Assembly: GCA_965644295.1 (NCBI GenBank)
Contig: CBFFRP010000125.1
Location: forward strand, 124,001-188,000
Direction of reading: 5' to 3'
Length of the DNA: 64,000 nucleotides
From: Paraphysomonas bandaiensis
Taxonomy: Eukaryota > Protista > Chrysophyceae
Shown: in pieces, positions 59,600 to 64,000 of the stretch
How the letters are laid out: each line of letters begins with the position of its first letter
How positions within the stretch are numbered: position 1 is the stretch's first letter
Program-made: the position numbers and the translations under genes
The notes under the pieces: generated by a model
Database searches by the model: none
Seen by the model: the letters and a program-made list of their open reading frames with translations, nothing else
Told to the model about the DNA's origin: nothing

Positions 59600-59830
59600 A
59601 AAGGGCCTATGATTCAAAAGAATATGGCTCAGGGTGGACGGGATTCGTAAGCCATATCAAAAGTCCCATGTGAGTTGGTGTGACAAGGTTCAATCTCTTT
59701 AACTGAAAATGGTCCTTGAGATGGTTGAGAGTCAAGTGCAAGGTGTCGCCCTATATGCCTGGAATATGTATCGCTGCTGGTGCAACTGGGTGGTTATATG
59801 GATGATCTACCTTTTTCTTTTTTTTTACCA
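59600..59830 (+). pseudogene. Second decayed hAT-like transposase fragment (BED finger/N-terminal region)
   Basis: KEYGSGWTGFVSHI; DNA similarity to 49110-49185 (..GGTGCArCTGG..GATCTACCTTTTTCTTT). Confidence 0.6.
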
Positions 59831-59892
59831 GGAATACTACATCTTTTGGAAAATATATCCAAGAGTTCACTGCATGGTATATATGATCAAGA

Positions 59893-60406
59893 GGCCCTCA
59901 ACAAAGTCGGACTCGCAACTTTTCGTGTGGTGTTCTGGGGGGTAAGTACCGGAGAGATTCTCTCTGGGAAACTAACGTGAGCCGCAAACGTATAGCCAGC
60001 AGATATTCTTCTGCAAACTCATAGCCGAATGCTTGTGTGGTATAAGGGACACTAATAAGTGTCACTTGTGTAGACGTCTTTGGGCCCTGACGAATAAATA
60101 GGCATCCGGAAATGAGCCCACCTCAAGGGCATCCGGGACAGGGCCCACCTTAAGGGTAACTGGGGTATTGGGCTGCCTGCTGAAGTCAAGCGTCGGGGAT
60201 GTTCACCTAAAGAACTCAGAGCGGAAGTGGTCGCACCTTGGTGCCTGCGGCGACGCACAAGCAGCTTCCGTAGCGTCAAATAGTAGGATAAAAAAGTGTG
60301 TACTGATTAGTTACAGGGGCAGAGGTCTAACTAGTTTGTCTAGCATTCATCTAGCTACTAAGTTGGTGCAGGTTATTAACACCTATTGCTAATAATAAGA
60401 CTTTCA
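59893..60406 (+). mobile_element. Retroposon copy D (both ends present)
   Basis: TSD ATATGATCAAGA at 59881-59892 and 60407-60418; family 5' terminus and 3' CCTATTGCTAATAATAAGACTTTCA. Confidence 0.9.
59895..59984 (+). ncRNA. Putative HDV-like ribozyme at the retroposon 5' end (also 12728-12815, 35808-35897 and 61634-61707, all minus strand)
   Basis: Family consensus: P3 ACC/GGT around L3 TTTTCGT; P2 CGG(A)CTCRC/GTGAGCCG; AGTA..GAA internal-loop P4; J4/2 CTAA; imperfect P1 CCCTCAAC/GTTCTGGG. P3 is damaged in this particular copy. Confidence 0.55.
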
Positions 60407-60451
60407 ATATGATCAAGATGTAAAGGAAAAGTGTCCACTAATCTGCGTGGC

Positions 60452-60918
60452 TAAAGGCAACCAAAAACGCAAGAAAACACGCATCAAAATGACATCACGA
60501 TATCGTGGTATGAAGCATTAGTATAGTAGTACTACCAATGTTTACAATAGGTTGTTCAGCAGAGAGCAAAGATTGTTATGACTACTGTATATGCGTGCAA
60601 ATCGGTACGTTTGTAATATTGAATAATTTTCTGAATTAGCAAGCCCAGTTATTAGTTAATTAGCCTATAGATGTAAAACTAGTTTCTAAACACAACCGTT
60701 CTCATGTAATAATCAGATATTCTATATTTTCTGAACTACAATATCATACCAAAGGTACCGATTTGAACGCATATAAATGTCAATATTATGACAAGAAGGT
60801 GTCTAGGTGTCATTTGCCAAAATCGTCATAGCAATCTTAGCTATGCCGAACAACCTATCGTAAACGATATTGTGATGTCAGTTTGGTGCGTGTTTTCTTG
60901 CGTTTTTGGTTGCCTTTA
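60452..60918. mobile_element. MITE with ~55-bp TIRs (TA- or TTAA-flanked, Kolobok-like AGG termini)
   Basis: TAAAGGCAACCAAAAACGCAAGAAAACACGCAtCAAAaTGACATCACgATATCGT and its reverse complement at 60864-60918. Confidence 0.8.
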
Positions 60919-61242
60919 ATTGAACCCTTGGTAACTAATTGCTATTATTATTGTTGGGTATCTCTCACCAACTAATTGCCAATTAATTGTTACTCAAGCC
61001 TGCTTTGCTCTATAGAGGTGCTATTGAAACGGTAATGCCTATCTGTGGAGACAGCTTTAATTTGAATATGTATATTAACTTATTTACAGAGGGGTGGGTG
61101 GTGGTGATATATAGTGTCTCGACGATACATACATGATGAGAGCGGGATGAATATTATCGTGAAAACCAATCTTGTATGTTATCACTGCGTAAAATTTTGA
61201 AATTACTCTACAGGGTTTTATATGCGAAGCATCGGAAGCAGT

Positions 61243-61707
61243 AGTGAATGTCTTATTACTAGCAACAGTGTCAGTGCTTAAGTCTGATATCCTACTATTA
61301 TATAACGCTACGAAAGCTGCTTGTGCGTCACCGCAACAACCAACGCCTTCGCCCCATCTCTCAAAGCAAACGCAAAGAGAAAGTAGAATGTTAATATACC
61401 TGGCATCTGCTAACTTCAGGATTTTTGAGTTGTTAAGGTGAACAGCCTGGATGCTTGACTTCAGCAGGCAGCCCAATACCCCGGATGCCCTTGAGGCGGG
61501 CCCATTCCCGGATGCCTGCTTATTTTATTCAGGGTCCAAAAAGGTCAACTGCACAAGTGACACTTATTAGTGTTCCTTGTACCACACAAGCATTCGGCTA
61601 TAAGTGGAAGAACAATTTCTGCTGACTATATATGCGGCTCACGTTAGTTTCCCGGTGCTTATCCCCCAGAACACCACGAAAAAGTTGGAGTCGGACTTTG
61701 TTGAGGG
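61243..61707 (-). mobile_element. Retroposon copy E
   Basis: Family 5' terminus at 61707; 3' tail AGACATTCACT at 61243. Confidence 0.85.
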
Positions 61708-62139
61708 TCAGAAATACATTATAATATCGAATGATTTCATCAAATATTATATATACTTATACACCATAGTGAGACTAGCTTCGAAGTCATATATTCATCA
61801 TGATTTTCCTGATTGCGCTTCATCGACGAGTGTCGAGTTTTTACATCAGTTCAACTAAAATACAACATACAATATATTATATTAGTGAAATAATACATAA
61901 GAAAAAAGAGGTCTTCGTTATCATTAACTAAAATTAAAGGTATTATTATTATTAAATAATATAGAATATAACAGTTAGTATAATACGTGAGACTCTTTAA
62001 TTCCTACAGCGACACAAAGACATCTATAAATACAGATATTTTAGCTAAACTAGCACTGCCTGTTATTATAATACACATTCAGTTCGATACCGACATGGTC
62101 GAGCAAAGAATGTAATTTGATGAACCTGATATCATGTAG

Positions 62140-63997
62140 CTAAAACTGAGTTCGACTGTTGATCGATGCTTTATCGCCATCGATAGGTGAGGGCCACTGA
62201 CATATACCAACGGAACTTAAGGGAAGTGTTCTCAGAGGGACTGAAGCAGCTGGGTCGTCCGTTTGCATTGTTTGTTTCGGTATCACAGATTTCTCATAAT
62301 CTGTGATTGCTTTATGCATACAGTTTTGAGTTTTTTTCTCATTTTCTCCAGTTTCCACAACTTGCACGTTCGAAGGAAAATGATGGACGTGGGCATTGCC
62401 TCCGCTATTCCGCTTCCTCGAACTAGAAGCCGCTAGTGCAGTACTAATGTACGAGGGGTGCGGGGAGCTTCTGATTTCGGAGCTCTGCGAATTACTAACA
62501 CTTGTACTTCCTGTGGGATCATCATCTGAGAATGAGAACGGCGACCAATTAGCAGAAGCATGGGCGGCTACACCACTGCTACTACTGCTACTGCATGTGT
62601 CACTTGAATTACTTGAGCTTCCCTGCGTTGAAGTAGTGCCGCCCTCAACCGAAGTTGTCGCCCGGGGATTACTGACACCATTGTACGCTGCAACAACATC
62701 AGACATGGAGAACGCCAATGATGTGAGAAGCTGGGAATTAAGTTTAGGGACCCCAGAAGTCCAATTTCCAGTGCTACCCACCATATGCTGCTGTCGTACA
62801 GTACGCACAATGTGTTCGTGGCTGGGCATATAGTGTCCATAGTTTCCTGCCGCCGCAGTAGCAGCAACTTTGGATGCGATCAAGTAGTCGACGGAAGCAG
62901 CTGTTGAGACTTCGTAAGGTACTCGGCTAATCGCTGCGGGAATATCATTCATAGCGAAGGACGAGGGGTAATGCCCAGCTGGCTCAGGTGGCTGCATTGC
63001 AGTGTTCATGACAAGCATGTCATCAAGGCGGTGCTCGAAGTGCGCAGTCTGAAGTGGTGTATATGGGTGATAAGATGACACTCGAGTGACTTGTTTATTC
63101 TCTTCGTTTTGCACTTGTAGTTGTTGATTCTGTAGTCGCATCGGTTGACTGCAGCTCTCATTGCAGGTTTCTCGCTGAGTGATGCCATCCATCCCTACAC
63201 GCACATCAGAACCCGAAGAATGACTTTTACTTCCACATTCATGGGGCAGGGAAAATGGCCGTGTTGACTGCATAGGCATCAGGAACGAATTCTCGTTGGA
63301 CAGCATGGAATCGGAGCCCCGCTCTGATCGTCGCTCTTTAGCCTGCCTCTCTCTAACGTACGGAGCAAGCTGGCTGGGGTATGAGGGATACGCCTCGTAG
63401 TGCTTCAGCTTACTGGATACAGCACTAACATTGCTATCTGACGGGTCCATGACACGGCTCATGACTTCTACTGAAGATTGTGGACGTTCGGAATCGATAC
63501 GCCCAACCTCTTCACTTTTTATGAAAGCGGCTTTGCCCTTAGTAGCAGGACATTTTCGGTAGCAGTGATTCTGAAATATCCAAATAAATATCTATTAAGT
63601 TGATAGAAATGACACAGACCTGCCGGTTGCACATGACGGACTTGTTGCTGCAACAGCACTTCTCCTTGCACTGAAGTATTTATTATTTACTCACACAGAT
63701 TATAAAATGCTCATACCACTGGGCACCCTTCAACAAACACTTTATCACCATGCTCGTCTTTCATTTTCTCCGCGCATCTATATACACTTATTTTTACTAA
63801 ATAGAATTATAAAAACAACAACCGCACCGTTCACAAAAAATATGGGGACAAGACGGTCGAGGACATATAACTTTACGCTTCCTTATATTTCCACACCTGT
63901 GGCAGGAAACTCGATGCTCAGGTGCGGATCTATGAGATGGCGAGTATGTTGATACTACGCTGGCTAGAATATCCAGCGCATTGGAGGTATCGTCCAT
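62140..63997 (-). CDS. Cys-rich zinc-finger protein (zf-4CXXC_R1-like) with long Ser-rich tail; may extend beyond the window
   Basis: CHRCGNIRKRKVICPRPSCPHIFCERC..GCPVCKEKCCC..CNRQNHCYRKCP over short exons, spliced to the 440-aa ORF. Confidence 0.7.
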
Positions 63998-64000
63998 GAC

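Noticed and set aside
60082-60119. Hammerhead-like CTGACGA...GAAA in retroposon copy D
   Set aside because: No stem II pairing, and the core is not conserved in the other copies
61230-61720. TSD for retroposon copy E
   Set aside because: Flanks TCGGAAGCAGT and TCAGAAATACA match too poorly to call

Overview
Compact, intron-rich eukaryotic nuclear DNA with many ~40-70 nt GT-AG introns. The gene content suggests a stramenopile, possibly a chrysophyte-like alga (inference). The window holds about 19 protein genes that alternate strands almost perfectly, plus tRNA-Val(AAC) and several mobile-element families confined to convergent intergenic gaps. The main signal is a SWR1/SRCAP chromatin-remodelling ATPase carrying a 325-aa Ala-initiated intein. 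It has the class 3 Trp-Cys-Thr triad, sits in the Walker A motif (GK|T), has a decayed LAGLIDADG domain and fills almost all of one phase-0 exon. Other notable features: (1) a five-copy non-autonomous retroposon with ~12-bp TSDs whose 5' end folds like an HDV/L1Tc-type ribozyme, (2) a myristoylation-motif HET/TIR-like protein fused to a Vint-type Hint domain, (3) a PI3-kinase with cNMP-binding and GAF domains, and (4) a lamin-tail domain fused to a degenerate PI-synthase-like domain. Exon structures were traced by eye and no database searches were run.
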